This document shows positions 20,361 to 31,077 of a DNA stretch of 64,000 nucleotides, piece by piece. The stretch comes from an uncultured virus (IMG/VR IMGVR_UViG_3300010158_000052). Lineage: Duplodnaviria > Heunggongvirae > Uroviricota > Caudoviricetes. The translations under genes and the position numbers were made by a program. Where the stretch lies: IMG/VR virus record IMGVR_UViG_3300010158_000052; one strand, written 5' to 3'. The notes under the pieces were generated by a model. It searched no databases and had not been told where the DNA came from. It saw only the letters and a program-made list of their open reading frames with translations. The stretch's first letter is position 1. Each line of letters starts with the position of its first letter.

Positions 20361-20388
20361 ATTATAACAGATAAATCTAAATAGTCAA
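20361..20388 (-). promoter_or_regulatory. Sigma70-type promoter for the inverted sugar operon, overlapping a + strand late promoter (CTAAATA, 20377) for gene 14
   Basis: TTGACT-N16-TATAAT with extended TG on the minus strand. Confidence 0.7.
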
Positions 20389-20410
20389 GCCATAAAAGTA
20401 GGATTCTTGA

Positions 20411-21064
20411 ATGACCACGACTTCTTTCTTCTTTAATAACTTTTCGTCTGCCTCTGAGCAAAGATTGCTAAACGATCTTAGCGTGGAGATGATCCGTATT
20501 CATGGCATCGAAGCATATTATATGAATCGTACTCATGTCAATATAGATTATTTATTCATGAGCGATCCGCTTTCAAAGTTTGAACATGCTATCCCACTAG
20601 AAATGTATATCAAAAACTTTTCTGGTTATCAGGGAGAAGGTGATATGCTTTCAAAGTTTGGTATCACTATGGCAGACCAAATTACTCTTTCTGTATCATG
20701 CACTAGATTTACAGAAGATATCGGTTCTATTTATGATCTTATTCGCCCAAATGAAGGCGACCTTATTTATATTCCTATGACCAAATCTTTGTTTGAAGTT
20801 AAATTTGTCGAACATGAATCTAATTTTTATCAGACAGGATCGCTTCAGTATTATGATTTGAAGTGCGAACGCTTTAATTATAACAGCGAACGTCTGGATA
20901 CAGGGGTTTCTGAGATTGATGCCATTGAAACAAAGTATTCAGCCGTACAGGCAAACGGAACATACTCTGCTGATCCTCTTGCACAAAATGATTATTTTGA
21001 AAATACAGCTTTGACCTTTGTGGATTTTAGCGTAACAAATCCGTTTTCTGAAAACGTAGTCTAA
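20411..21064 (+). CDS. gp14: Neck/head completion protein gp14
   Basis: GDMLSKFGI, RPNEGDLIYIP, FEVKFVEHE, NPFSE. Confidence 0.92.
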   Translation: MTTTSFFFNNFSSASEQRLLNDLSVEMIRIHGIEAYYMNRTHVNIDYLFMSDPLSKFEHAIPLEMYIKNFSGYQGEGDMLSKFGITMADQITLSVSCTRFTEDIGSIYDLIRPNEGDLIYIPMTKSLFEVKFVEHESNFYQTGSLQYYDLKCERFNYNSERLDTGVSEIDAIETKYSAVQANGTYSADPLAQNDYFENTALTFVDFSVTNPFSENVV

Positions 21065-21074
21065 GGAACACGAT

Positions 21075-21887
21075 ATGTTAGGAAGTAAATTTTATCATAG
21101 TTCTATTAGAAAGTACGTAATTCTATTTGGTACTTTGTTTAACGATATTTCTATAGATAGAATAGATGCATCAAACAATGTAGTACAGACCATAAGCGTT
21201 CCAATATCATATGGACCTAAAGAGCGGTATCTTGCTCGTGCTGTTCAAAATCCAGATTTGCTTCGTTCAGTTTCAATGGTTTTTCCAAGAATATCATTTG
21301 AAATTAATACAATTAGATACGCATCAGAGAGAAAATTAAATTCTATAAACAGAAATGTTTATAGTAATGCTAATACTGCAACATTGAGTAGCCAATTTAA
21401 TCCAGTACCATATGATTTTGATATTACTCTTTCTGTTATTGCTAGAAATGCAGACGATGCCACTCGTATTGTTGAACAAATACTACCTTACTTTACTCCT
21501 GAATGGACAATAGCAGTAAAATTAATACCTGACATGAACATAGAAATGGATATTCCTATTGTTCTTAAAAGTGTGTCTTTAGAAGATTCATACGTAAATA
21601 ATTTTGAAGCAAAAGAATTTATCATCTGGACATTAAATTTTACATTAAAAGGTTATCTATACGGACCTATTACTAAGCCAAAGATAATCAAACAAGTGAA
21701 TGCTAATTTATACACACCAGTAGATGTTAATATAAATAGTACATCAAATGCAGAGTACATTTCTGTTAAACCTGGATTGGATGTTAACGGCAATTCAACT
21801 ACAATAGCAGCAAATTCTATACCTCTATCCCAAATATCAGCCAATTCAGATTATGGATTTATAACTGAGTTTTTTAGTAATTATTAA
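21075..21887 (+). CDS. gp15: Tail terminator/sheath stabiliser gp15
   Basis: FGTLFNDI, VPISYGPKE, EQILPYFTP, KGYLYGP. Confidence 0.92.
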   Translation: MLGSKFYHSSIRKYVILFGTLFNDISIDRIDASNNVVQTISVPISYGPKERYLARAVQNPDLLRSVSMVFPRISFEINTIRYASERKLNSINRNVYSNANTATLSSQFNPVPYDFDITLSVIARNADDATRIVEQILPYFTPEWTIAVKLIPDMNIEMDIPIVLKSVSLEDSYVNNFEAKEFIIWTLNFTLKGYLYGPITKPKIIKQVNANLYTPVDVNINSTSNAEYISVKPGLDVNGNSTTIAANSIPLSQISANSDYGFITEFFSNY

Positions 21888-21889
21888 GT

Positions 21890-22294
21890 ATGACAAATGA
21901 TCCACTAGCTAATGCACTAAACATCGCTCCGATGGTTCCTAGTGATTCTTCATCAAAAAGCAATGAAATAATCGCAAAACAACCAAACGAAATAGAATCT
22001 CTCGCATCTCTTGATTTTACACATGTCAGAGAAAATTATTATAACATAATCTTAAAGGGATCAGAAGCATTGGAAGATGCTCTTGAGGTTGCTCGTCAGT
22101 CTCAATCTCCTAGGTCATATGAAGTTCTAGCAACTTTAATGGGAACTTTAAAAGACGTAAACAAAGAACTTTTGGCTATGCACAAAACTGCCAAAGAATT
22201 ACAAAGAGAAGATGTTGGCGATAACATTACAAACAATACCCTTGTTCTTACCACATCTGAACTTCTAACATTAATGAAAAAAAATCAAGAATAA
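21890..22294 (+). CDS. gp16: Terminase small subunit gp16
   Basis: SPRSYEV, NNTLVLTTSELL; lies directly before gene 17. Confidence 0.9.
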   Translation: MTNDPLANALNIAPMVPSDSSSKSNEIIAKQPNEIESLASLDFTHVRENYYNIILKGSEALEDALEVARQSQSPRSYEVLATLMGTLKDVNKELLAMHKTAKELQREDVGDNITNNTLVLTTSELLTLMKKNQE

Positions 22295-22297
22295 ATC

Positions 22298-23944
22298 ATG
22301 GCTATCAAAGAAGTTTATCTAGGCAATCAAAATCTAAAAGCGGCTGGCGTAGCCATCCCTTGGACAGCAGAAACATTTAGTGAATTTACTAAGTGCTCTC
22401 AAGACCCAATTTACTTTTGTGAAAATTATGTAAAGATTGTAAGTGTTGATAAAGGACTTATCAACTTTGAAATGTGGACATTCCAAAAAGAAATGATGTT
22501 GAACATGGTTCACAATCGTTTCTCTATTGCCAAAATGCCTCGTCAGGTTGGTAAGACCACAGTTACAGCAGCAACCATTCTTTGGCATATCTTATTTAGT
22601 CCTAGCTATCGTGTTGCAATTCTAGCCAACAAAGAATCACAGTCTATTGAAATTCTTAACAGAATTAAAGATGCCTACGAGTTTCTTCCTCAGTGGATGC
22701 AACAGGGCGTTCTAGAATGGAACAAGAAAAGTATTGTTCTTGAAAATGGCTCTAAAGTTATGTGTGCGGCTACGTCTTCGTCCGCTATTCGTGGTCAATC
22801 GATGAACATGATTTATCTCGATGAGTTTGCTTTCGTACCAACAAACGTACAAGAAAACTTTTTCGCATCGGTTTATCCTACAATTTCATCTGGTCAATCT
22901 ACAAAAGTTATTATCACATCAACGCCAAATGGTTTCAACCTATTTTATAAGATTTGGCACGATAGTGAAGAAGGTAGAAATAACTATGTAAGATCGAACG
23001 TTCACTGGTCTAGTGTTCCTGGTAGAGATGAAAAGTGGAGAGTTGAAACTGTTCAGAACACGTCTGAGAAGCAGTTTAGAGTTGAGTTTGAATGCGAGTT
23101 CCTTGGTTCGTCAAATACTCTTATTGATGCTGGAAAGTTACAAAAGATGGTTTATAAAACTCCAATTCGTAATATGGATGATACTAACATTTATTTTGCT
23201 CCAGAACATAAACATAATTATATTATTACAGTAGATGTGGCTAGAGGAGTGGAAGGAGACTACTCAGCCTTTGTCATATATGATGTCACCAGCTATCCAT
23301 ATGGGGTAGTTGCTTGTTACAAATCAAATGAAATATCTCCATTGCTATATCCAAATAAAATATATACAGCAGCTAGAGCATATAACGATGCGGTTGTACT
23401 TGTAGAAGTTAATGACATCGGACAACAAGTTGCTGACATTCTTTATAATGATTTAGAATATGAAGGCGTTCTTGTTACTCAGAATAAGGGTAGGGGCGGT
23501 CAACGGATTGGCGGTGGCTTCGGTGGCGGTCGTCCTCAGATGGGTGTAAAAACTACCAAACAAGTAAAGAGAATTGGCTGTAGCAACTTAAAAACACTTA
23601 TTGAAAATGATAAGCTTATTGTTAATGACTATGATATTTTTTATGAACTAACCCGTTTTATTGAAATTAAAGATTCATACGAAGCAGAATCTGGCTCACA
23701 TGACGATCTTGTTATGTGCTGCGTTCTTTTTGCTTGGTTAGTCAATCAAAGCTACTTTAAAGAATTGTTTACAACAGATGTTCGTGGGCAATTACTTGAC
23801 GATAACAGATCGATTATTGATGATGCTGGACTAACCTTTGGTTTTATAAATAACCATTATGAAGAAGATACTTACATACAAACAGATAGTGAATTTAATA
23901 ATTTAGACTTCCATCCGCGACCATATAATGATGACTTCTTGTAA
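22298..23944 (+). CDS. gp17: Terminase large subunit gp17
   Basis: PRQVGKTT Walker A, YLDEFAF, STPNG, HDDLVM. Confidence 0.97.
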   Translation: MAIKEVYLGNQNLKAAGVAIPWTAETFSEFTKCSQDPIYFCENYVKIVSVDKGLINFEMWTFQKEMMLNMVHNRFSIAKMPRQVGKTTVTAATILWHILFSPSYRVAILANKESQSIEILNRIKDAYEFLPQWMQQGVLEWNKKSIVLENGSKVMCAATSSSAIRGQSMNMIYLDEFAFVPTNVQENFFASVYPTISSGQSTKVIITSTPNGFNLFYKIWHDSEEGRNNYVRSNVHWSSVPGRDEKWRVETVQNTSEKQFRVEFECEFLGSSNTLIDAGKLQKMVYKTPIRNMDDTNIYFAPEHKHNYIITVDVARGVEGDYSAFVIYDVTSYPYGVVACYKSNEISPLLYPNKIYTAARAYNDAVVLVEVNDIGQQVADILYNDLEYEGVLVTQNKGRGGQRIGGGFGGGRPQMGVKTTKQVKRIGCSNLKTLIENDKLIVNDYDIFYELTRFIEIKDSYEAESGSHDDLVMCCVLFAWLVNQSYFKELFTTDVRGQLLDDNRSIIDDAGLTFGFINNHYEEDTYIQTDSEFNNLDFHPRPYNDDFL

Positions 23945-24008
23945 TCTTAAAAATTATAAATACAATGAAGTTTTATAAGAATACTAAACCCTTCAAGGAG
24001 AGAAAAAT

Positions 24009-26156
24009 ATGGCTCAAATAAGTCCAGGTATTAATACTAGTGAAATTGATCTAACCACAGTAGTCCCAGCAGTATCTACATCTGTTGGCGCTATCGCTGG
24101 TTTGTTTCGCTGGGGACCAGTTAATCAACGTGTACTGGTTGATTCTGAAGCTACGCTAGCTCGTGTTTTTGGTAAACCAACAGCACACAACGCAGAAACA
24201 TTCTTTACAGCAGCAAACTTCCTTGCTTATGGAAATGCGCTTCAAGTAGTTCGTGTTGTCGAAAAGCTAACAACAAATGCATACAATTCATTTGCTAACG
24301 CTACTACTGGTGCTACTGTCAGTGCTTTACCACAAGTTGATAATATTGATAGCTATAATGCAACAGCCTCATATGACGCAAACGTAGATTATATTGCAAA
24401 GTATGAAGGTCTTTTAGGAAATTCACTAAAGATTTCAGTTTGCGATAGTGCTGCTGCTTTTACTTCAACTTCAAATGCTGGTGTAACAACAAGCTATGGC
24501 GTAGTAAGTAACGCTACTGCAACTGTTGCAATCGGAAATAACTTTGTTGTAACTTCTGGTTCAAACGTTCTTCAAGTTTCTCTTTTTGGTAACACTACTT
24601 CCGTTTTAACCAACACTCAGCTTACTACCGCTCTTGCTGGTTTTAAGGTTGGTGATTATGTCTTAATCGGTAACAATACTATTGGAACTCAATATTTAAA
24701 GATTTCTTCTATTGGTACAGCAACAACCGTATCCAATACAACTGCTATTCTTTCTGGAACAAATTATTCTGCTACTGCTAACATTAACTTAACTACTACA
24801 AACAATCTTGGGACAAACTTTGCCGCCAACACTGTAGCTCGTTATTGGGAATTCTATAACCAAGTAGCTAAGGCTCCTGGTACATCAAACTATCTAACAA
24901 CCAATGGTTATACAGCACAAGATGAAATTCATGTTGTTGTTGCTGATGCTGGTGGTCTATTCAGCGGAACTCCTGGTACTGTACTAGAAGTATTTGCCAA
25001 TATGTCACGCGCAACAGACGCAAAAACAGATCAAGGCGCAAGCAACTATTACAAGAACATTCTAAATTCTGGATCAAACTATGTTTGGTGGGTTAGAGAT
25101 CGTTCTGGTGCTGCTTCTGCTCTTGCTTCTGCCGTAGCTACTTCAAGCACAACACTTCCTTATACTGCTAACTTTGTTGGCGGAACAGATGGTGCTGATG
25201 AAGCTGGTTGTAGTTTAGCCACACTAGTAGGCGGTTATTCACTATTCTCGTCTTCTCAAGATGTTGACATTTCTCTTATCCTTCAAGGTAAGGCAAGAGG
25301 CGCTTCTGCGGATTCAACTACTCAACCATCAACTACTACATTTACATATGCTGGTTTGGCTAACTATATCATTACCAATATCTGTGAAAAGCGTAAGGAT
25401 TGCGTACTATTCGTATCTCCTGCAAGATCAGATGTTGTACAAACTGCATATGGTACAATTAGCGATCCAACAACAAACGTAATTGCTTTCCGTAATAATA
25501 TTAATTTCAATAGCTCTTATGCTGTTATGGATTCTGGTTACAAGTATCAATATGACAAGTACAACGATGTTTATCGTTATATCCCCTTGAATGGTGATAT
25601 TGCTGGTACTTGCGTAACAACCGATAGCGTTCGTGATCCTTGGTATTCTCCTGCTGGTTTCATTCGTGGTAATATTAAGAATGTCACAAAGCTAGCATTC
25701 AATCCAGGACAAGCACAGCGCGATTCTCTATATGCTAAGGATGTAAATCCAGTCGTTTCCTTTCCTGGTCAAGGCGTTGTTCTATACGGTGACAAGACAC
25801 TATTGGGTCGTCCAAGCGCATTTGATCGCATCAACGTTCGTCGTCTATTCATCGTACTAGAAAAAGCAATCTCTAAAGCTGCTCAATCAAGTCTCTTTGA
25901 ATTCAATGACAACTTTACTCGTACACAATTTAAGAACTTAATTGATCCTTATTTGAGACAGATTCAAGGTCGCCGTGGTATTACTGATTATCGTATCGTT
26001 TGTGATACTACAAACAATACTGGTCAAGTTATTGACTCTAATCAGTTTATTGGTGACATCTACATCAAGCCAGCCCGTTCGATTAACTTCATTCAGTTGA
26101 ACTTCGTAGCTGTCCGCACTGGGGTTGATTTCTCTACCATTGTTGGTCAGTTTTAA
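24009..26156 (+). CDS. gp18: Tail sheath protein gp18
   Basis: SPGINTSEID, PWYSPAG, DRINVRRLF, IKPARSINFI; late promoter TATAAATA at 23955. Confidence 0.97.
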   Translation: MAQISPGINTSEIDLTTVVPAVSTSVGAIAGLFRWGPVNQRVLVDSEATLARVFGKPTAHNAETFFTAANFLAYGNALQVVRVVEKLTTNAYNSFANATTGATVSALPQVDNIDSYNATASYDANVDYIAKYEGLLGNSLKISVCDSAAAFTSTSNAGVTTSYGVVSNATATVAIGNNFVVTSGSNVLQVSLFGNTTSVLTNTQLTTALAGFKVGDYVLIGNNTIGTQYLKISSIGTATTVSNTTAILSGTNYSATANINLTTTNNLGTNFAANTVARYWEFYNQVAKAPGTSNYLTTNGYTAQDEIHVVVADAGGLFSGTPGTVLEVFANMSRATDAKTDQGASNYYKNILNSGSNYVWWVRDRSGAASALASAVATSSTTLPYTANFVGGTDGADEAGCSLATLVGGYSLFSSSQDVDISLILQGKARGASADSTTQPSTTTFTYAGLANYIITNICEKRKDCVLFVSPARSDVVQTAYGTISDPTTNVIAFRNNINFNSSYAVMDSGYKYQYDKYNDVYRYIPLNGDIAGTCVTTDSVRDPWYSPAGFIRGNIKNVTKLAFNPGQAQRDSLYAKDVNPVVSFPGQGVVLYGDKTLLGRPSAFDRINVRRLFIVLEKAISKAAQSSLFEFNDNFTRTQFKNLIDPYLRQIQGRRGITDYRIVCDTTNNTGQVIDSNQFIGDIYIKPARSINFIQLNFVAVRTGVDFSTIVGQF

Positions 26157-26179
26157 TTAAAAGATAGGAGTTAAACAAA

Positions 26180-26749
26180 ATGGCATTTAATATTAACGAT
26201 ATTAAGGGAGCGTTCAACCTAGCTGGCGCACGTAATACCCTTTTCTCACTACAGGTAACTTCGCCTCCTTATTTGGGTGCAAGCGATGCGGACAATAAAT
26301 TAGTTTTTACTGGTCGTGCCGCTCGTATTCCTGAAACAAAGGTCAACACAATTCAAGTTCCTTACTTTGGTCGTAAGATTAAGTATGCTGGGGATCGTAC
26401 ATTCGATCCTTGGACCATCACTGTAATCAACGATGAAGACTTTAAGGTTCGTGATAACATGGAAGCATGGTTGTCTTCTATCAACAGTCACACTGGTAAT
26501 ATTCTTTATTCTGGTGCTATTGGCGCTCAGTATAAGTCAAATGCTACTGTAACTCAGTATGCCAAGTCTGGTGAAATCATTCGCGTTTATCAATTCAATG
26601 GTATTTTCCCATCTGATGTAAATGCAATTGATCTAGATTGGGATGCTACTGATAGACTTGAAGAGTTCCAAGTTACATTTGAATATGATTATTGGACTGT
26701 TTCTGGCGGAAGCACAGGCGATGCTGGAACAGCGTCAGCTTATATCTAA
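26180..26749 (+). CDS. gp19: Tail tube protein gp19
   Basis: GRKIKYAGDRTFDPWTITVINDEDF, EEFQVTFEYDYW. Confidence 0.95.
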   Translation: MAFNINDIKGAFNLAGARNTLFSLQVTSPPYLGASDADNKLVFTGRAARIPETKVNTIQVPYFGRKIKYAGDRTFDPWTITVINDEDFKVRDNMEAWLSSINSHTGNILYSGAIGAQYKSNATVTQYAKSGEIIRVYQFNGIFPSDVNAIDLDWDATDRLEEFQVTFEYDYWTVSGGSTGDAGTASAYI

Positions 26750-26801
26750 GAGTTTTTGACCGAACCTATATAATATAATGACGTAACGCGAGGTACAAAC
26801 T

Positions 26802-28550
26802 GTGGAACTATTTGGTTTTGAAATTAAAAGACGGCAGGGAGAAGAAGCAAAGGACGTTACATCCTTTGCTCCTGTTGATAAAGATGATGGTGCAGTTAAT
26901 GTTTCTGCTGGCGGCACTTGGGGAACTTACCTCGACCTAGAAGGTGCCGCCAAAACAGAAGCTGAACTTGTTGCCAAATATAGAGAAATGGCTCTTCAAC
27001 CAGAATGTGAAATGGCAATTGATGAAGTTGTCAACGAAGCTATTTCACGAGAAGATGACAGATCAATCGTCGATATTAATACTGACGAATTGGATAGTAT
27101 TGTCACCCCAAAAATCAAAAAGATTTTGCACGATGAATGGACTAAAATCCAAGAAATGCTTAACTTCAATAATTTTGGATATGAAATCTTTCGTCGGTTT
27201 TATATTGACGGACGACTATATTATCATGCTATGGTTGATGCTAATAATCCTCGTGAAGGCATTCAACAATTTCGATACATCGATCCTCGTAAAATTAGAA
27301 AAGTTCGTTCTTCTCACAGAGAAAAGAGAGGAACTGCAACGGTAACTATTACCGATGATGAATTCTATATGTACAACGAAAAGGGTTTCCGTAATACATC
27401 AGGAAACACCAATGATAATCAAGGTCTAAAGATCACTGCCGATTCTATTATCCACATTACTTCTGGTCTTATGGATAAAGATGGCAAACTAGTTCTATCC
27501 TATCTACACAAGGCAGTCAAGCCACTAAATCAACTTCGTATCCTAGAAGATGCAACAGTAATTTATCGTATCTCTCGTGCTCCAGAACGTAGAATTTTCT
27601 ACATCGACGTAGGCAATCTTCCTAAGACTAAGGCTGAAGAATACGTTCGAGATATGATGACAAAACATAAAAACCGCTTAGTCTATGACGCGACAACTGG
27701 CGAAACCAGAGATGACCGCAAGTTCATGACTATGCTAGAAGACTACTGGTTGCCTCGTCGTGAAGGCGGTAAGGGAACAGAAATCGCAACACTTCCTGCT
27801 GGTCAAAATCTTGGTCAAATGGACGATGTTCTATATTTTCAAAAGAAACTTTATAAGTCATTAAATGTTCCATCTTCACGTATTGAAGGTAGTGAGCAAG
27901 GTGGTTTTAATATGGGACGTTCTTCTGAAATCTCAAGAGATGAACTTAAGTTCCAAAAATTTATTAATCGTCTACGAGTTCGGTTTTCACAATTTATGCT
28001 TGATGCATTGAAGAAGCAAATCATTCTTAAAGGTATTATGAATACCGAAGAGTGGGACTCAATCAGCAGCAAGATTTTCTTTGAGTTTGCAAAGGACAAT
28101 TACTTTGCTGAATTGAAAGATGCTGAAATTCTTCGTGAGCGTCTATCTACTCTACAAATGATTGATTCATATGTCGGTAAGTATTATTCAGTTCTTTGGG
28201 TAAGAAAAAATATCCTTATGCAAACTGATGAAGACATTGAAGAAATGGACGATGATAATGCTCAAGATGAAGATTTGCAATTAAAGTTAGAACAAGAAAG
28301 AGAAATGAGCCAACAAGAAGTAGATGCTGGTCAACAACAAATTGATGCAGCTACTGATGGAACACAGGCTCCTCCTACAAATACAGTCGATAAAAAGAAG
28401 TCTGATGAAAAGAAAACACCAACTTCAGAAAAACCAAAAACAAAACAAGGAAATTCAAGGGCAGCTAACAAATTACAGCCATATACTCGTCAAACAGTAC
28501 AAGGCAGTAGCACACCCTATTATAGAAATGTCCCTAAAACAAAAAAATAA
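26802..28550 (+). CDS. gp20: Portal protein gp20
   Basis: YRISRAPERRIFYIDVGNLPK, EDYWLPRREGG; has a basic, disordered-looking C-terminal extension. Confidence 0.97.
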   Translation: MELFGFEIKRRQGEEAKDVTSFAPVDKDDGAVNVSAGGTWGTYLDLEGAAKTEAELVAKYREMALQPECEMAIDEVVNEAISREDDRSIVDINTDELDSIVTPKIKKILHDEWTKIQEMLNFNNFGYEIFRRFYIDGRLYYHAMVDANNPREGIQQFRYIDPRKIRKVRSSHREKRGTATVTITDDEFYMYNEKGFRNTSGNTNDNQGLKITADSIIHITSGLMDKDGKLVLSYLHKAVKPLNQLRILEDATVIYRISRAPERRIFYIDVGNLPKTKAEEYVRDMMTKHKNRLVYDATTGETRDDRKFMTMLEDYWLPRREGGKGTEIATLPAGQNLGQMDDVLYFQKKLYKSLNVPSSRIEGSEQGGFNMGRSSEISRDELKFQKFINRLRVRFSQFMLDALKKQIILKGIMNTEEWDSISSKIFFEFAKDNYFAELKDAEILRERLSTLQMIDSYVGKYYSVLWVRKNILMQTDEDIEEMDDDNAQDEDLQLKLEQEREMSQQEVDAGQQQIDAATDGTQAPPTNTVDKKKSDEKKTPTSEKPKTKQGNSRAANKLQPYTRQTVQGSSTPYYRNVPKTKK

Positions 28551-28575
28551 AATAGCTAAATAAAAGGAAAATTAC

Positions 28576-28761
28576 ATGCCTTATAATGTTGATGATATCG
28601 TGCAATTCGCGGCAACAAGAGATACCTCTAGACTACAAGATGCACTAGGTGATGTTTTGGCTCAAAAGGCTGCTGACGCAATTCAATACCGTAAAGAATT
28701 AGTAGGAAAATCTTTCACTGATAGTCCTGAAGAAGATAACGAGGAAGAAGATGACGAATAA
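28576..28761 (+). CDS. gp67: Prohead core protein gp67-like
   Basis: Small acidic-tailed protein after the portal; late promoter CTAAATA at 28556. Confidence 0.6.
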   Translation: MPYNVDDIVQFAATRDTSRLQDALGDVLAQKAADAIQYRKELVGKSFTDSPEEDNEEEDDE

Positions 28762-31072
28762 AAATCTTACTGAAAAATCAAATCCAGACGCAAAGTATGG
28801 CTATGGTGATCTGACTCCAGATGAAATCGCGCTATTGAAGTCCGATGGAATTGATAAGATCGACAAGACAGGCAGCAATGTATTTGCCGTCTCAAAGAGT
28901 GTTCTAAAGGACATTACTCGTCGTGCCGATCAACAAAATAACGGTAAGACAGTTAAGCCTCGTGAGAAGAAGATGGAGACCGCTGAGTCTATGATTAATC
29001 GTCTTCGCTCACAAGCATCTTCTATTATGGAAGTATCTACAAATCCTGGAGACGTTCCTGCTCCTGCGGCATCTGACAATCCTCAAGCTGGCGCTAACGA
29101 AGTTCAGAACGATCCAAAACCAGGTAAAAGCGATTCTACATCTAATATAAAGCTTAAGCTAAAGAATATTGCAATCGCTGCTGCTGATGTTCATGATGGC
29201 GTCTCAGAAGATAGTGAAATTGAACCTTGGATGGAACAATGCATCACTAGAACTGAAAGCGAAATGAAAAAGATTGTTGATCATTTCAGAAGCAAAACAG
29301 ACGATGATAAGAATGTGACTAATGAATCACTAGAAGAAGCAAAGTATAAGATGCCTCTTCCTGGTCACATCTATCACGAAAAGTCAATTCCAGAATTGCA
29401 ATTTATTCGTAAAGATGCAAGTGCTGCCGCTAAGGCTATGCGTGGCCACAATCCTCAAGCAGAAGCAAAGTATCTCGACCAAGTAAATGATGCAAGCACA
29501 ATTCTACATCATCGTGCAGCCTTTGGTTTACAACAACAGCCAAGCCCTACAAAGGAATCTGTTGACGAAGCCAAGAATTATTATCAAGGCGCAAATCCAT
29601 TTACAATTAAAACTGGCGCTGATGGTAAGTTGGTTACAGTTAGAAAGCCTAAGCCTCAAACGGGAAATGCTGCCATTAGAGCAGCTATGGCTGCTTATGA
29701 TGAGAAAATGAAAAAGAACGAAGAAACTATCTATGAAGATAATGAATATGAAATGGCTCGTAATCAATTAGCAACTGCTAAGAGAGCAATCGATACATTA
29801 ACTGGAATGCTACACGGTGAAAGCGATCTTCCTGCTTGGGTACAGTCAAAGATTACTCAAGGTTCTGCTATGTTAGACGCAGTTGCCGATTATATGGCAT
29901 CAGATAATATGAAAGAAGACACAGACCTAGAAGAAGCAAAAACATCAAAGCCAGTAACATTTAAAAATAATAATAAAGTTGCTGTTGCTCACGATGGCGG
30001 AAATTGGCTTCCAGCTTCTGTTAGCTATTCCGATGGTACAGAATCAAGTTTACATAAAGATCACGATGCAGCAAAAGCTGCTGCCGAAAAATGGGTAAAC
30101 GAAGAAGTCGAACTAGAAGAAAAGTTGGCTGCGGACGCAACTGCTGCTGATTATATTCATGACTTTGTTCATTCTAAGAACCCTCGCTTTGAAGGTATGA
30201 CTAAAGCTCAACGTACTAAGATGGCTTTAGGTGCTTTTTATTCAAAGAACGAAGAAGTTGAACTTTATGAAACAAAATCATCATATCCAATTTATCATTC
30301 AACATATTCTGATGCTGTTAACCATGCATTAGATCATCATGAAAATAACAAATTATCTGTATCTCCAGAAGATAGAGATACACATGTTGGTCTTGGTCCA
30401 AAAAAGCCATCTGAAGGACATACAGTTTCTTTACATATTCCAGCAAATCATAAAGAAACTGGAAAAAAACATATGATCCATCTTCAAGTTTATAATAGAG
30501 GCGGATCAAAGCCATATGAATTAAATACATATTCCAGCACATCTAGAAATTTACAAAAAGAAGAATTTGATTCTTTTGAAGAAGAAGTCTTTCATGTTGT
30601 AAAAAGCAAAACAGATTCTTATGGTCCAGCAGGACATGTTAGTACACACGCAACTTCCAAGAGAGCAAGATCAGCCGCAGATCGTCGTTCAGAAAAGAAT
30701 GGCGGAGCAGCATTTCATGTTGTTAGAGTTGAAGAAGAAACATCATCTTTAGCTAGAAAAATTCTAGAGGCTAGAGTTAAAAAATCTTTAGAGCCTAAAG
30801 CAAAGCCATTGTATTCTGATCACGAAGGTAATGCTACATTTGTTTATCCTGTAAAGAAGACAACAAGCGAAGATACTACTATGCCTACAAATGATGGTCA
30901 ACATCCTGATGCGGACCCAGCACCAACAACTATTCCTAATGTAACAAAGAAAAAGAAGCCAACTGGTTCTTCACCAGCGGCATCTGCGATGGAAGAATAT
31001 TTCCAATATATTGGTATTCATGAATCTCGTCGTAATGGTTCTGTCCTTTCAACCGATGAAAATAAGGAGTAA
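28751..31072 (+). CDS. Large modular prohead core/internal head polyprotein (at the gene 68 position)
   Basis: Lies between 67 and 21; short modules separated by acidic (L/I/V)xE linkers. Confidence 0.65.
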   Translation: MTNKNLTEKSNPDAKYGYGDLTPDEIALLKSDGIDKIDKTGSNVFAVSKSVLKDITRRADQQNNGKTVKPREKKMETAESMINRLRSQASSIMEVSTNPGDVPAPAASDNPQAGANEVQNDPKPGKSDSTSNIKLKLKNIAIAAADVHDGVSEDSEIEPWMEQCITRTESEMKKIVDHFRSKTDDDKNVTNESLEEAKYKMPLPGHIYHEKSIPELQFIRKDASAAAKAMRGHNPQAEAKYLDQVNDASTILHHRAAFGLQQQPSPTKESVDEAKNYYQGANPFTIKTGADGKLVTVRKPKPQTGNAAIRAAMAAYDEKMKKNEETIYEDNEYEMARNQLATAKRAIDTLTGMLHGESDLPAWVQSKITQGSAMLDAVADYMASDNMKEDTDLEEAKTSKPVTFKNNNKVAVAHDGGNWLPASVSYSDGTESSLHKDHDAAKAAAEKWVNEEVELEEKLAADATAADYIHDFVHSKNPRFEGMTKAQRTKMALGAFYSKNEEVELYETKSSYPIYHSTYSDAVNHALDHHENNKLSVSPEDRDTHVGLGPKKPSEGHTVSLHIPANHKETGKKHMIHLQVYNRGGSKPYELNTYSSTSRNLQKEEFDSFEEEVFHVVKSKTDSYGPAGHVSTHATSKRARSAADRRSEKNGGAAFHVVRVEEETSSLARKILEARVKKSLEPKAKPLYSDHEGNATFVYPVKKTTSEDTTMPTNDGQHPDADPAPTTIPNVTKKKKPTGSSPAASAMEEYFQYIGIHESRRNGSVLSTDENKE

Positions 31073-31077
31073 TCATT

